DNA from: an uncultured Clostridia bacterium
GTDB lineage: Bacteria; Bacillota; Clostridia; Christensenellales; UBA1242
Assembly (NCBI GenBank): GCA_934777435.1
Contig: CAKVNK010000001.1
Span: forward strand, 247,203 to 311,202
Reading direction: 5' to 3'
Length of the DNA stretch: 64,000 nt
The translations under genes and the position numbers were made by a program. The notes under the pieces are model-generated. The model had not been told where the DNA came from. It searched no databases and was given only the letters and a program-made list of their open reading frames with translations. Positions 1-9,473 of this stretch are shown in pieces. Within the stretch, counting starts at the first letter, position 1; the number at the start of each line of letters is the position of its first letter.

Positions 1-543
1 ATCATCTGGCAAAAAGCGAACATATGTGCCTTTAAGTGTTGTGTTGCCAATTTCTTTAAGTGGTTCAACACAAACGCCAGAGTGTATTTTGCCGTTCTTT
101 TCAACTGATTCAAAGCGGGCAAAGTATTTTTTACCATCTTTACATACTGTAACTTCCAAATAACGGCTGAGTGCGTTTGTTACAGATGCACCAACACCAT
201 GCAAACCACCAGAGTATTTATAGTTACTATCGCCAAACTTACCACCAGCGTGAAGTTGTGTAAACACCACTTCAACACCACTGATTTTAAGTTTTGGGTG
301 TGGGCTTACAGGAATACCACGGCCATTATCCATAACTGATGCTGTGCCGTCCTTATGCAAGGTCACTTCAACCTTATTACCATATCCATTAGCCACTTCA
401 TCAATGGCGTTATCTATAATCTCCCAAAGTAGGTGATGTAAGCCTTTGACACCAGTTGTGCCAATATACATACCAGGACGCATACGCACTGCATCAAGAC
501 CTTCCAAAACTATCAAATCTTTACTATCATAACTAGTTGCCAC
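1..543 (-). CDS. Type IIA topoisomerase subunit B (GyrB/ParE family), N-terminal ATPase region; the C-terminal part lies outside the window
   Basis: I translated the minus strand from GTG at 541-543 (AAAGGGG RBS just upstream). It gives VATSYDSKDLIVLEGLDAVRMRPGMYIG..HHLLWEIIDNAIDE..DNGRGIP..LHAGGKFG..GGLHGVGASV, which are GHKL ATPase motifs. It is absent from the ORF track because it runs off the window edge. GyrB versus ParE cannot be decided from this fragment. Confidence 0.9.
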   Translation of the reverse strand, partial: MATSYDSKDLIVLEGLDAVRMRPGMYIGTTGVKGLHHLLWEIIDNAIDEVANGYGNKVEVTLHKDGTASVMDNGRGIPVSPHPKLKISGVEVVFTQLHAGGKFGDSNYKYSGGLHGVGASVTNALSRYLEVTVCKDGKKYFARFESVEKNGKIHSGVCVEPLKEIGNTTLKGTYVRFLPDD

Positions 544-604
544 AATTAACCCCTTTTGTTAAAATCTTGTTAAATTCTGAGTTAATTATACCATTTTTTT
601 TTAA

Positions 605-1678
605 TTAAAGCAATTTTTTTGTTAGTATCTTGGTATCAAAGTAAGAATATTTTTTAGGCTGTGTCGTATTTGCCATCAAGGCTTCTATTAAGCTGATATA
701 ATCAATGCCAATAGGCTCAAAAAGATAAAAAGCCAAACTGCCAGGCACAGTGTTCACTTCGTTAAAATAAAGCGTATTGGTGGCGGTGTTAAACATATAA
801 TCAATTCTCGCCACGCCGTTTAAATCAAGACGTTCATAAACCTGTTTTGTGGTGTTAGATATGAATTGTTCAAGTTCTTTATCAATCTTTGCAGGTATTT
901 CTCTATCTTTTGCCTTGCTTTTGCCATTGTGCATATATTTTTCGTCAAATGTTAAAAAATCTTTATGGCTAAAAGGTTGCTCTATTGCACTTAAAACCAA
1001 CTCATTACCCCGCCTAAAACAGGCTTGGTTTAACTCAACCATAGGCTCTATTTTTTCTTCCACCAAAGCAGAGTCACCAAGTTCAAATATTGCATCAATT
1101 TGCTGTTTAAAATTCGCCTTTATACAGGCTTTAACACCGATTGAAGAACCAAGAGCGTTAGGTTTAACAATCAAATGTTCATCAAAATCGGTTTCAATTT
1201 GTTCAACTGCGGCAGCATAGTTAGATTTTTTAACTTTAATGCCCTTTGCTGTTGGAACAATGCCTTCAACCATCAATTTTGTTAAGTCCTTATCCATTGT
1301 GATTGACGAAGAAAGTGAATTTGGGCTTGTAAAAGGTATATTTTGACTTTCAAAAAAGCCAGCCAAACAACCATTTTCACCAATACCACCATGGCAACAG
1401 TTCACAACACACTCAATATCACACACTTTGTGCCACCCTATGCCCTTTTTAAGCAAGCCATTGTAAAACAACACTGGCTTTAAGTTTAAGGCAGATTTAT
1501 TCGCAAATGCGGTCAAATCTTCAATTTGCGTAGCATAATAAAAATGATTATCAAGCCCTAAATATATTTTTTCAATATCATATTTTGCCTGCAAATATTT
1601 TGCACATTGCATACCGGTGATAATTGAAACATCGTGTTCAGGGCTAGCACCACCAAAAATAACAAGAATTTTTTTCAT
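605..1678 (-). CDS. ddl: D-alanine--D-alanine ligase
   Basis: 357 aa. N-terminus MKKILVIFGGASPEHDVSIITG and an ATP-grasp layout typical of Ddl. Confidence 0.92.
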   Translation of the reverse strand: MKKILVIFGGASPEHDVSIITGMQCAKYLQAKYDIEKIYLGLDNHFYYATQIEDLTAFANKSALNLKPVLFYNGLLKKGIGWHKVCDIECVVNCCHGGIGENGCLAGFFESQNIPFTSPNSLSSSITMDKDLTKLMVEGIVPTAKGIKVKKSNYAAAVEQIETDFDEHLIVKPNALGSSIGVKACIKANFKQQIDAIFELGDSALVEEKIEPMVELNQACFRRGNELVLSAIEQPFSHKDFLTFDEKYMHNGKSKAKDREIPAKIDKELEQFISNTTKQVYERLDLNGVARIDYMFNTATNTLYFNEVNTVPGSLAFYLFEPIGIDYISLIEALMANTTQPKKYSYFDTKILTKKLL

Positions 1679-1865
1679 AGCAATATATATTCTTTTTTTA
1701 TTTTGCTTGCCACTTTTTAATTAAACCAAATTTTAGATAAAGCAAAAATCACTCAACACACCAGTAACACAAAAGCTATGATCAGTTCAACAACTTAAAT
1801 TGTCAAAATCAAAGTCTTTGCTTTCACATGCGAACACGTGCAAACACACACGCATAAAAATTAAT

Positions 1866-2732
1866 ATGTTTATTTTTCATGGACAAAAAATTGATTACAC
1901 ATTTTTAAAAGTCCAAATCCACAATTTAACTTGTCACACTAAAAATGATTGCAACAAACCAAACACAACAAACAGCATAACACCAGCAATGGATAGTTGT
2001 GTATTATTTTTGCACGGCTGGGGTGGCAACAAAAATTCATTTTTAAGTTTGGTCAAATTGTTGAATGCAAAGCACAACTGCCTTATTGTCACCCTGCCAA
2101 CAACCAGCCCAGCGGCCTTAACTTGGACACTTGAAGATTATGCACAATGCATACTGAATTTGGTTAAAAGTTTAGGCATAAATTCAGTGCAAATTGTATG
2201 CCATAGTTTTGGTTTTAGAGTCGCCACTTTGCTTTACCATTTGGTTAAACATTCAAATCAAAATCAATCAACAGATAAAAACAAAAATCAATCGTCACAG
2301 CCACAAAATTTGAACACTCAAAACAACCAAAATTTTACAATTTTAAAGATGGTTGTAACAGGCGGTGCTGGCCCAAAAAAAATTAACATTTTTAAAAAGA
2401 TTGAACAAACCAACAATCTTTGTTTGCTTAAACAAAAAAAGAATAAATTTTTGTATCAAAGTATTGTCAGCCAGGATTATTTTGAACTTACAAACATTAA
2501 CAAAAAAACGTTTAAAAATGTTGTGAATTTTAACACAAAAAACTTGTTAAATTTTGATATTCCGCTTTTGCTTTTTTGGGGCAAATATGACCACGAAACT
2601 CCAGTATGGATTGCCAAAAAAATTTATAAATTAAACAAGCAAAACACTCAACTTTTTGTTGTAAATTCTGACCATTTTGCATACCTAAAACAAAGTGCAA
2701 TTTTTGATAATTTGGTGGTAAACTTTTTGTGA
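1866..2732 (+). CDS. Alpha/beta-fold hydrolase with an internal Q/N-rich low-complexity insert
   Basis: HGWGGNKNSF oxyanion-type motif and a CHSFG nucleophile elbow (G-x-S-x-G-like). The insert SNQNQSTDKNKNQSSQPQNLNTQNNQNF is encoded at about 2250-2336. The ORF track starts at TTG 1800. I prefer ATG 1866 (MFIFHGQKIDYTF..), but neither start has a clear RBS. Confidence 0.7.
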   Translation: MFIFHGQKIDYTFLKVQIHNLTCHTKNDCNKPNTTNSITPAMDSCVLFLHGWGGNKNSFLSLVKLLNAKHNCLIVTLPTTSPAALTWTLEDYAQCILNLVKSLGINSVQIVCHSFGFRVATLLYHLVKHSNQNQSTDKNKNQSSQPQNLNTQNNQNFTILKMVVTGGAGPKKINIFKKIEQTNNLCLLKQKKNKFLYQSIVSQDYFELTNINKKTFKNVVNFNTKNLLNFDIPLLLFWGKYDHETPVWIAKKIYKLNKQNTQLFVVNSDHFAYLKQSAIFDNLVVNFL

Positions 2733-4234
2733 TATATTTGTGTATTTATCTTAACATTATTTACGCATTTGTTTGTGTTGTTTTGGCACAAAAATTTTTG
2801 CATATTTTTCAATTACGTGATTATAATACAAAACGCTATTTATCATATTTTAATTTTTGGTTTTGGGGTTTTGAGGCAGTTTTGATAGCGATTTTTGTCG
2901 CACAAATTTTAATTTTTAATTTATTTTTAACATTTTTAATTAATTTAATTTTATTGCCTATTATTGCTATCGTTTTTAACAAAATAATTATCAATCAAAA
3001 AACGCCAATAATCTACACACCAAGATTAAAAAGAATTTATTATTTATCTGTAATTTTATTAATTTTACCGATATTTTTTAAAAAAATGGCTATTTTTAGC
3101 CCTATTTTAATGATTTTTACACCTATTTTTGCAAATTTTTTAAATTTTTTTGATAAAATTAAAAATAAAAAATTTATTCGTTCTGCACAAATAAAGACAC
3201 AAAACAGCCCTGCAAAAATTATTGCAATCACTGGAAGTAACGGAAAAACAACAGTAAAAAATATTTTATTAAATATGCTAAAAACCCAATTTAATGTTGT
3301 TGCTTCACCAAAAAGTTTTAACACACCTTTGGGGCTTGCAAAATTTTTAAATAATACTAATTTAAATGTTGATTATATTATTTTAGAATATGGTGCTAGG
3401 CACAAAAATGATGTTAAAAATTTGTGTAAAATTTATGGTGCAGATTTTGGCATTATCACACAAATTGCACCCCAACATTTGCAAACTTTTAAGACCATTA
3501 AAAACGTTGCAAAAGCCAAACACAAGTTGAGTGAATTTTTAAATTTTAAACCTTGCGTTTTCAATATTGACAACAATTTTATAAAGCAAATGTTTGAACA
3601 AAAAAATGGTGACAAAATTTCAGTTTCTATCAATAGCAAAAACGCAAATTTTGTTGCACAAAATATTGCTGTTAAAAACTTTAAAACTGAATTTGAAATT
3701 TGTTTTAAAAATCAAAAAATTTTGTGCCTCACAAAACTGCTTGGTAAGCACAATGTGACAGATATTTTGCTTGCGTTTGCTTTAGCATTTAGCCTTGGCA
3801 TAAGCACACAAAATTTACAGTCAGCGATTGAAAATTTACAATATATCCCGCACCGACTTGAACACATCAAAGCAGGTATAAATATTTTAGACGATAGTTA
3901 CAACTGTTCGCTTGCAAGTGCAAAAGAATCACTGTCTGTTTTATCTGTTTGCTGTGGCAAAAAAATGGTGGTTACACCTGGCATCATTGAAGCCGGAAAA
4001 AATCAATTTGACATCAATTTTAAACTTGGCAAAATGCTTGCAAAATTTGAAAATATTGTGCTGGTTGGTTTAACAAATAAGCAGGCTTTAACAAATGGAA
4101 TTTTAACTGTTGAGCCAACAAAAAAAATACTGTTTGCCAACAGTTTAGATGATGCAAAACAGTATTTTTCAATTTTAACAAATCAAGATGATACCCTACT
4201 TTTGTTAAACGATTTACCAGATGATTACAAGTAA
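2729..4234 (+). CDS. murF: MurF-like Mur ligase (UDP-MurNAc-tripeptide--D-Ala-D-Ala ligase family) with a polytopic membrane N-terminus
   Basis: P-loop ITGSNGKTT, then SFNTPLGLA, PQHL, GKHNV, HRLE, DDSYNCS and VTPGIIEAG, which track MurF motifs. The first ~160 aa are almost entirely hydrophobic helices. The GTG start overlaps the TGA stop of the upstream hydrolase. Confidence 0.8.
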   Translation: MIYLCIYLNIIYAFVCVVLAQKFLHIFQLRDYNTKRYLSYFNFWFWGFEAVLIAIFVAQILIFNLFLTFLINLILLPIIAIVFNKIIINQKTPIIYTPRLKRIYYLSVILLILPIFFKKMAIFSPILMIFTPIFANFLNFFDKIKNKKFIRSAQIKTQNSPAKIIAITGSNGKTTVKNILLNMLKTQFNVVASPKSFNTPLGLAKFLNNTNLNVDYIILEYGARHKNDVKNLCKIYGADFGIITQIAPQHLQTFKTIKNVAKAKHKLSEFLNFKPCVFNIDNNFIKQMFEQKNGDKISVSINSKNANFVAQNIAVKNFKTEFEICFKNQKILCLTKLLGKHNVTDILLAFALAFSLGISTQNLQSAIENLQYIPHRLEHIKAGINILDDSYNCSLASAKESLSVLSVCCGKKMVVTPGIIEAGKNQFDINFKLGKMLAKFENIVLVGLTNKQALTNGILTVEPTKKILFANSLDDAKQYFSILTNQDDTLLLLNDLPDDYK

Positions 4235-4241
4235 GCAACAA

Positions 4242-5291
4242 CTATTTTAAAATGTTATAGCACATTTCAAATGCGTCACTGCCATCTGAATAATAATTTT
4301 TGCGTGTACGACGTAAACTAAAACCAAATTTTTGGTAAAGCAAATATGCTGTTATGTTTGATTCACTTACTTCCAAACTCAATTTATCAAAGCCGTTTTC
4401 ATGTGCAAAATCAGCAACATATTCAAGCAATTTTGTGCCGATACCATAATTGCGGTAAGTTTTTTCAACAACCAAATTTTCTATGTTTGCTTCATCTGTT
4501 AATTCCAACATAACAAAACCAACAACCACACCGTCAAGCAAAGCAACAAACAATTTATGGTTTTTGCTTAAAATTGAATTTTCGAAGTCTGATTCTGCCA
4601 TTTTATTTGGCAAATTTGTGCCTTGTTCCAACTTGTTAACAGCAATCAAATCTTGCACTTCTGCTTCTCTTATTTCAAAATTGCCACGTTTGATTTTTTC
4701 ACTTTCTGCTTGTGAAAGTTGATAATATACTGGCACCAAAGTTTGGTCTGTTGATTTATTTAAACAATCAATCAAAACTTCAGCATCAAGTTTAACAGCA
4801 AAAGAATTCAAATTGCTATCCACTTTAAACATACCGATTGGGCTATCTTTTGCAAGTTGTTTCAACTCATTTAATGTTAAGTTGCGTTCATATCTATACA
4901 ATCTGCCATTCACAAGAGTTGCCACAAAATAACTATCTCTACTACCCAAAATTGCAACGGTTGAACAATTTTTGTTTTGTTTTGTTGCAAGTGCAAACAA
5001 ATAATCCAAGTTGTTTATACCCTTTGCTGAAACATTTAAGCAATCTCTAAACGCCTTGATGGTTGCAATGCCAACACGTATGCCAGTGAAAGAACCCGGA
5101 CCAACAATTACGCCAAGTTGGTTCAAATCGTTAACTGTTATATTATTTTCTTTAAGCAATTCATCAACTGCCGGCAACATTGTTTCGTTATGATGGCTGG
5201 CTGATGATAAAATTTTAGGCTTTATTTCACTGCCTTTTTGCAAAACAATCTCTAATTCAGCGTTTGCAGTGTTGATAATTAAAGTATTCAT
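4242..5291 (-). CDS. tsaB: TsaB (t6A biosynthesis) fused to a RimI-type GNAT acetyltransferase
   Basis: The N-terminal half has GPGSFTGIRVGIATIKA (TsaB/YeaZ). The C-terminal half has VVGFVMLE..NLVVEKTYRNYGIGTKLLEYV..LEVSESNITAYLLYQKFGF (GNAT/RimI). It is a single uninterrupted 349-aa frame. Confidence 0.85.
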   Translation of the reverse strand: MNTLIINTANAELEIVLQKGSEIKPKILSSASHHNETMLPAVDELLKENNITVNDLNQLGVIVGPGSFTGIRVGIATIKAFRDCLNVSAKGINNLDYLFALATKQNKNCSTVAILGSRDSYFVATLVNGRLYRYERNLTLNELKQLAKDSPIGMFKVDSNLNSFAVKLDAEVLIDCLNKSTDQTLVPVYYQLSQAESEKIKRGNFEIREAEVQDLIAVNKLEQGTNLPNKMAESDFENSILSKNHKLFVALLDGVVVGFVMLELTDEANIENLVVEKTYRNYGIGTKLLEYVADFAHENGFDKLSLEVSESNITAYLLYQKFGFSLRRTRKNYYSDGSDAFEMCYNILK

Positions 5292-5327
5292 AATGTCCTT
5301 TTAAAAATCTAATAAAATGTTTTTTAA

Positions 5328-5738
5328 TTAATCTATAATTTCAAAAACCCTTGTGTTTTCGTTTATATATTGAATATTAACCTTTTTAAGCACTGGTGGC
5401 AAAAGGTCCGCAACATTATCACTCCACTCCACAAATTTGATGCTATCAGGCTCATTTAAAATTTCATCAAAACCTGCTTCGATTGCTTCTTCTGTGGTTA
5501 TACGGTATGTGTCAAAATGGTGCAAAGTGTATTTACCATGATAAGTTTTTAAAATTGCAAATGTTGGGCTGGTTACCATTTCATCTACACCAAGATATTT
5601 AAACACAAATTGTGTGAAGGTTGTTTTACCAGCACCTAAATCACCATGCAAAACAACAACATCACCAGGTTTTAGTGATGTTGCGAATTTTTTTGCAAGT
5701 TGTGCAGTTTGACTTAAACTGTTAACTGTTTGTATCAT
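5328..5738 (-). CDS. tsaE: tRNA t6A biosynthesis ATPase TsaE
   Basis: GDLGAGKTTFTQ P-loop, SPTF and HFDTYRI motifs. The start overlaps the pdp stop by 1 nt. Confidence 0.9.
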   Translation of the reverse strand: MIQTVNSLSQTAQLAKKFATSLKPGDVVVLHGDLGAGKTTFTQFVFKYLGVDEMVTSPTFAILKTYHGKYTLHHFDTYRITTEEAIEAGFDEILNEPDSIKFVEWSDNVADLLPPVLKKVNIQYINENTRVFEIID

Positions 5739-7027
5739 TAGCCTAACCTTTTAATTGGATTGATACGTCTAACTTTGATTTGTGTTAAACGTACGCAACC
5801 TTTCATTGCTTCTAAATATTTTTCAACACTCTTTTTATTTTCACAGAAAAGAGATAAAATTGTGTCGCCTTTTTTAACATGGTCCCCAATTCTAACATTT
5901 AAATGCAAACCAATGTTACAATTATGTGTTTCTGCACACAAACGTCTGATAAGTTCGCCCATTAAAAGTGCGTTGATATTGCCAACATAACCATCACGGT
6001 CTGCCTTAAACACGATTGTTTCTTTAGGTGCAAAGAAAGTGCGATTTTTAACAGCAGCAACATCACCATGTTGTGTTTTTACAATATCCAAGAAATGCCT
6101 ATATGCCAAGCCACCATCAAGTGCTGTCACACACATATCATAAGCGTCTTTTTGATTTAAACGTTTATCGGCTTTAAGCATCATTTCAACTGCATATGCT
6201 ATTGAAACTTCACGCAATGTATTGTGTTTGCCATTGAGAACATCAAGTGCATCAACCACTTCAACAGCATTACCAACGCTTTCGCCTATAAGTTGATGAG
6301 TGTTTGTAAGTGCAATTATACACTCAACATTGCATGAAGCAAACATATATTTAAGCAAATCTGCCAATTTGCATGCTTGACTATATTTGCCGATTGCACT
6401 TGCTTCGCCATATTTAACATCAACCAACACAATGTGCGCGTCACTTGTTAACTTTTTGGCAACGATTGAAGCCGCCAAGAAATTGATATTGCTTTCAAGA
6501 TGGTATTTTTCAATAATACTATAAAGGATTGAATCTGCTGGGCAATATTCTTCACCATGTGCCAAAATGCAAGCATTGTTTTTTGCAAGTGCTTTATTGA
6601 TTTGGTTGTATTCCATTGGTTCAAAACCAGGAATTGCTTTAAACCTATCCGCACTGCCGTTTGCAAACACCAAAGATTTGCCAGTTGTTTTTACAATTTT
6701 ATACCCTAAACTGCTAAGCAAAGGAATAAGCACAATGCTAGTGCTATCGCCGATGCCACCTGTTGAGTGTTTTTCAAGCACAACTTCGTTAGCATGGAAA
6801 ACTTTGCCACTGTCACGAATTGCCAAAGCAAGATACAACACTTCTTCTTTTGTCATACCAAACTTATCAAGTGCCAAAAACATATTTTTTGTGTGTTTAT
6901 CCACGCCAAAAGCCATCATATGTTTAACAATAGCATTGTAATCAGCCTGACTGAGAGTTTCTGCCTTTGCTTTTTGCACAATAAATTTGCTCATATTCAA
7001 TGGCTTATTTTCTTTTTCAATCTTCAT
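5738..7027 (-). CDS. pdp: Pyrimidine-nucleoside (thymidine) phosphorylase
   Basis: 429 aa with the EKHSTGGIGDSTS motif and a glycosyl-transferase family 3 layout. AGGGGAAA RBS upstream of the ATG at 7027. Confidence 0.88.
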   Translation of the reverse strand: MKIEKENKPLNMSKFIVQKAKAETLSQADYNAIVKHMMAFGVDKHTKNMFLALDKFGMTKEEVLYLALAIRDSGKVFHANEVVLEKHSTGGIGDSTSIVLIPLLSSLGYKIVKTTGKSLVFANGSADRFKAIPGFEPMEYNQINKALAKNNACILAHGEEYCPADSILYSIIEKYHLESNINFLAASIVAKKLTSDAHIVLVDVKYGEASAIGKYSQACKLADLLKYMFASCNVECIIALTNTHQLIGESVGNAVEVVDALDVLNGKHNTLREVSIAYAVEMMLKADKRLNQKDAYDMCVTALDGGLAYRHFLDIVKTQHGDVAAVKNRTFFAPKETIVFKADRDGYVGNINALLMGELIRRLCAETHNCNIGLHLNVRIGDHVKKGDTILSLFCENKKSVEKYLEAMKGCVRLTQIKVRRINPIKRLG

Positions 7028-7142
7028 AATATTTCCCCTATGTAATAATTTTATATTTATTGTCAGGTTTTGTCAAATTAATTGTTAAATAAAATTATAT
7101 TTTAAGTTTGTTTAATTTTTAGGTTAATTTTTAATTAAAAAT

Positions 7143-7952
7143 ATGTTTATTTACCTTGTTTTGGGCAAAAATTCAGACATGTCAAAATATAAAATAGTAA
7201 ATATTGTAGACCGCATTTTTATTTCAACATGTGTGTTTTTACTTTTCTTTGCTTGGATAAATTTTTATGTTAGAGATTTACGTTTAACTTTTGTTTTCGC
7301 CCTGCTTGCCAGTTTTTCAGTTTGTTTTTTGTTGTTTTTATATTTCAGCAAAAAGCAGACTAAAGAAAACAAAACCAAAGCAAGAATCGGTCTAGTTGAA
7401 AAGCATTTTTTAGCCTTTATTTTGCAGTCAAGCCAAGAAAGATTAGACAGTATATCGCAAGTATATAATACCGAAAAATCTAGCACAAATGGGTTTTTAA
7501 AAAGCAAGAGCAATCTTTATTTTGTGTATACTGAAAATGAAAAATTAGATAAAACCGCCTATTCTAACATTATTGCACAGGCAAAAAATCTTAATTTTGA
7601 AACTCTGTATATAATTTGCGGTGATATTGGTGAGCCATTAAATTTGCAAATTTTTAAAGATAAAAAAGTTAAAATAATCAACAAAACACAACTTCTTGAC
7701 GATTTTGAAAACAAAAATGTGGATATTGTGTCAAATTCAAATTTAAACCTTGCTCCACCAAAAATTAAGTGGATTGACATTGCAAAAAATATATTTGCCC
7801 CACAAAAAGCAAAATCATATTTTGTTTGCGGTTTGGTTTTATTGTTTAGCAGTGTTGTGTTGCCTTACAACTTTTACTATATCATTTTTGGAAGTATGCT
7901 TATGCTGTTTGCTTTAATTTGCAAAATTTTGCCCAAATTTAGCGGTCGTTAG
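7143..7952 (+). CDS. Hypothetical membrane protein (TM helices at both ends, soluble middle)
   Basis: 269-aa ORF with hydrophobic N-terminal (FISTCVFLLFFAWINF, FVFALLASFSVCFLLFLYF) and C-terminal segments. No recognisable family. The start is uncertain (ATG 7143 or 7179). Its 3' end overlaps the convergent desulfurase gene by 14 nt. Confidence 0.55.
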   Translation: MFIYLVLGKNSDMSKYKIVNIVDRIFISTCVFLLFFAWINFYVRDLRLTFVFALLASFSVCFLLFLYFSKKQTKENKTKARIGLVEKHFLAFILQSSQERLDSISQVYNTEKSSTNGFLKSKSNLYFVYTENEKLDKTAYSNIIAQAKNLNFETLYIICGDIGEPLNLQIFKDKKVKIINKTQLLDDFENKNVDIVSNSNLNLAPPKIKWIDIAKNIFAPQKAKSYFVCGLVLLFSSVVLPYNFYYIIFGSMLMLFALICKILPKFSGR

Positions 7953-9060
7953 CAATCTCTTTAAGTGCATAAATCAGTTTATCAACTTGTTGAAAAGTGT
8001 TGTTAAAATCAATCGACACTCTCACTGCCCCAGTTTGCAAACTGCCAAGTTTTTTGTGAATAAGCGGCGCACAATGCAAGCCAGCACGCACACATATTTT
8101 ATATTTTTGGTTTAATATATCCGCCACCAACATAGAGTCCATATTGCGAATATTAAAACTGAAAACGTTTTTACTATCGGCTGTGGAATAAAGTTCAATT
8201 AAATCAAGCCCTGATAACTTTTTATATAAGTAATTACTCAGTGCAGATTCCTTTTCTTTTATTGCTTTAAAATTGGCAAGCAAAAACTCTACGCCAGCCT
8301 TCAAACTTGCAATAGGTATAGTTGGCAAAGTGCCCGCTTCAAGCCCTTCTGGCACATCATTTGGTTGAATCAAATTTTCACTTTCTGTGCCAGTTCCTCC
8401 ACACAATAAAGGCTTCAAAATTACACCATTTTTTATAAGCAAACCACCAACACCGGTGATTGCACAAAAACCTTTATGTCCAGCAAAAGCATATAAGTCA
8501 ATATTTATATTTTCAAGGTCAATATCAATATGCCCGCTTGATTGCGCACCGTCTACCAGCAACAAAATATTATGTTTTTTACATATCGTGCCTATTTCAT
8601 AAAGATTAGGTGATTGCCCTGTCACATTGCTCATACCAGTTACAACAACCAATTTAGTGTTTGGTTTTATTTGTGTGACTAAATTAGTGTGGAAATCTGC
8701 CAATTCACACTGCAAAATTGTCACATCGACACCGTGGTTTTTCAGTCTTTCAAGCGGACGCAATACTGAATTGTGTTCAAAGCAAGATGTTATAACATTA
8801 TCTCCCGCATTAAGCAAACCAAACAATGCTAAATTAAGGGCTTCCGTGCAGTTTTTTGTAAACACAACTTGATGATTTGGCGCATGTAAAAATTGTTTAA
8901 CCACTTCACGTGTTTCAAACACCATTTCTCCAGTTTTAACTGAAAGAAAATGCCCACTTCTACCTGGGTTTGCCGTTAACTCATTAACCGCTTTTTCCAC
9001 CATTAATTTAACAGAATTTGGCTTATATAAACTTGTGGCTGCATTGTCAAAATATATCAT
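7939..9060 (-). CDS. Class V aminotransferase / cysteine desulfurase
   Basis: MIYFDNAATS N-terminus and an AFAGHKGF PLP-lysine motif, 373 aa. Confidence 0.88.
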   Translation of the reverse strand: MIYFDNAATSLYKPNSVKLMVEKAVNELTANPGRSGHFLSVKTGEMVFETREVVKQFLHAPNHQVVFTKNCTEALNLALFGLLNAGDNVITSCFEHNSVLRPLERLKNHGVDVTILQCELADFHTNLVTQIKPNTKLVVVTGMSNVTGQSPNLYEIGTICKKHNILLLVDGAQSSGHIDIDLENINIDLYAFAGHKGFCAITGVGGLLIKNGVILKPLLCGGTGTESENLIQPNDVPEGLEAGTLPTIPIASLKAGVEFLLANFKAIKEKESALSNYLYKKLSGLDLIELYSTADSKNVFSFNIRNMDSMLVADILNQKYKICVRAGLHCAPLIHKKLGSLQTGAVRVSIDFNNTFQQVDKLIYALKEIANDR

Positions 9061-9159
9061 ATAACAGCATATGTGTTCAAATTGTGTTGTGTTAAATTAA
9101 TTTGCCTTAACAAATCGGCGTCAATTTAAATAAAATGTGTTAAACACACTAGGTGAAAT

Positions 9160-9420
9160 ATGAAATATTTAATTATATCTTACAAATCACGCAATTCACT
9201 TTATGCATTTGCACAAATTTTAAGGCAATATGGCATTGCTTCAACAATCATCAACACTCCACGCAACATTGCTTTGAGTTGTGGGCTTAGTTTAAAAGTT
9301 GATTTTGGAAATTTTAGCCGTGTTGCGGGTCTGATAAATAAAGTAAATCTATCAGGTTTTTGGGGTGTTTTTTTGCTTACAAGGACGTCCACTCATGACC
9401 AAATTGAACGTTTAATATAA
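9160..9420 (+). CDS. Small DUF3343-like putative S/Se carrier protein
   Basis: 86 aa with a GGTGA RBS. The pattern ..SRNSLYAFAQILRQYGI..INTPRNIALSCGLSLKV resembles the DUF3343 family, which is often found beside cysteine desulfurases (family assignment from memory). Confidence 0.6.
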   Translation: MKYLIISYKSRNSLYAFAQILRQYGIASTIINTPRNIALSCGLSLKVDFGNFSRVAGLINKVNLSGFWGVFLLTRTSTHDQIERLI

Positions 9421-9436
9421 ATTCAAATTTTAAAAT

Positions 9437-9465
9437 TTGACAAATCAACTTTTTTATGCTAAAAT
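9437..9465 (+). promoter_or_regulatory. Sigma-A-type promoter TTGACA-17-TAAAAT with an extended -10 (TGc)
   Basis: TTGACA at 9437-9442, a 17-nt spacer, and TGcTAAAAT ending at 9465. The predicted TSS is about 2 nt before the structured element at 9474. Confidence 0.55.
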
Positions 9466-9473
9466 ATATTTAT

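Noticed and set aside
1800-1865. The TTG start at 1800 for the alpha/beta hydrolase (ORF-track longest frame).
   Set aside because: The extra 22 residues (MSKSKSLLSHANTCKHTRIKIN) precede a Met that begins the usual beta1-beta2 pattern (MFIFHGQKIDYTF). Neither start has an SD, so the choice remains uncertain.
9061-9159. GTGTT-A-AACAC palindrome and repeated TGTGTT motifs in the divergent region between the cysteine desulfurase and DUF3343 genes, considered as an Rrf2/CymR-type operator.
   Set aside because: It is a single short palindrome with no match to an operator consensus I can recall with confidence, so it is too weak to call.
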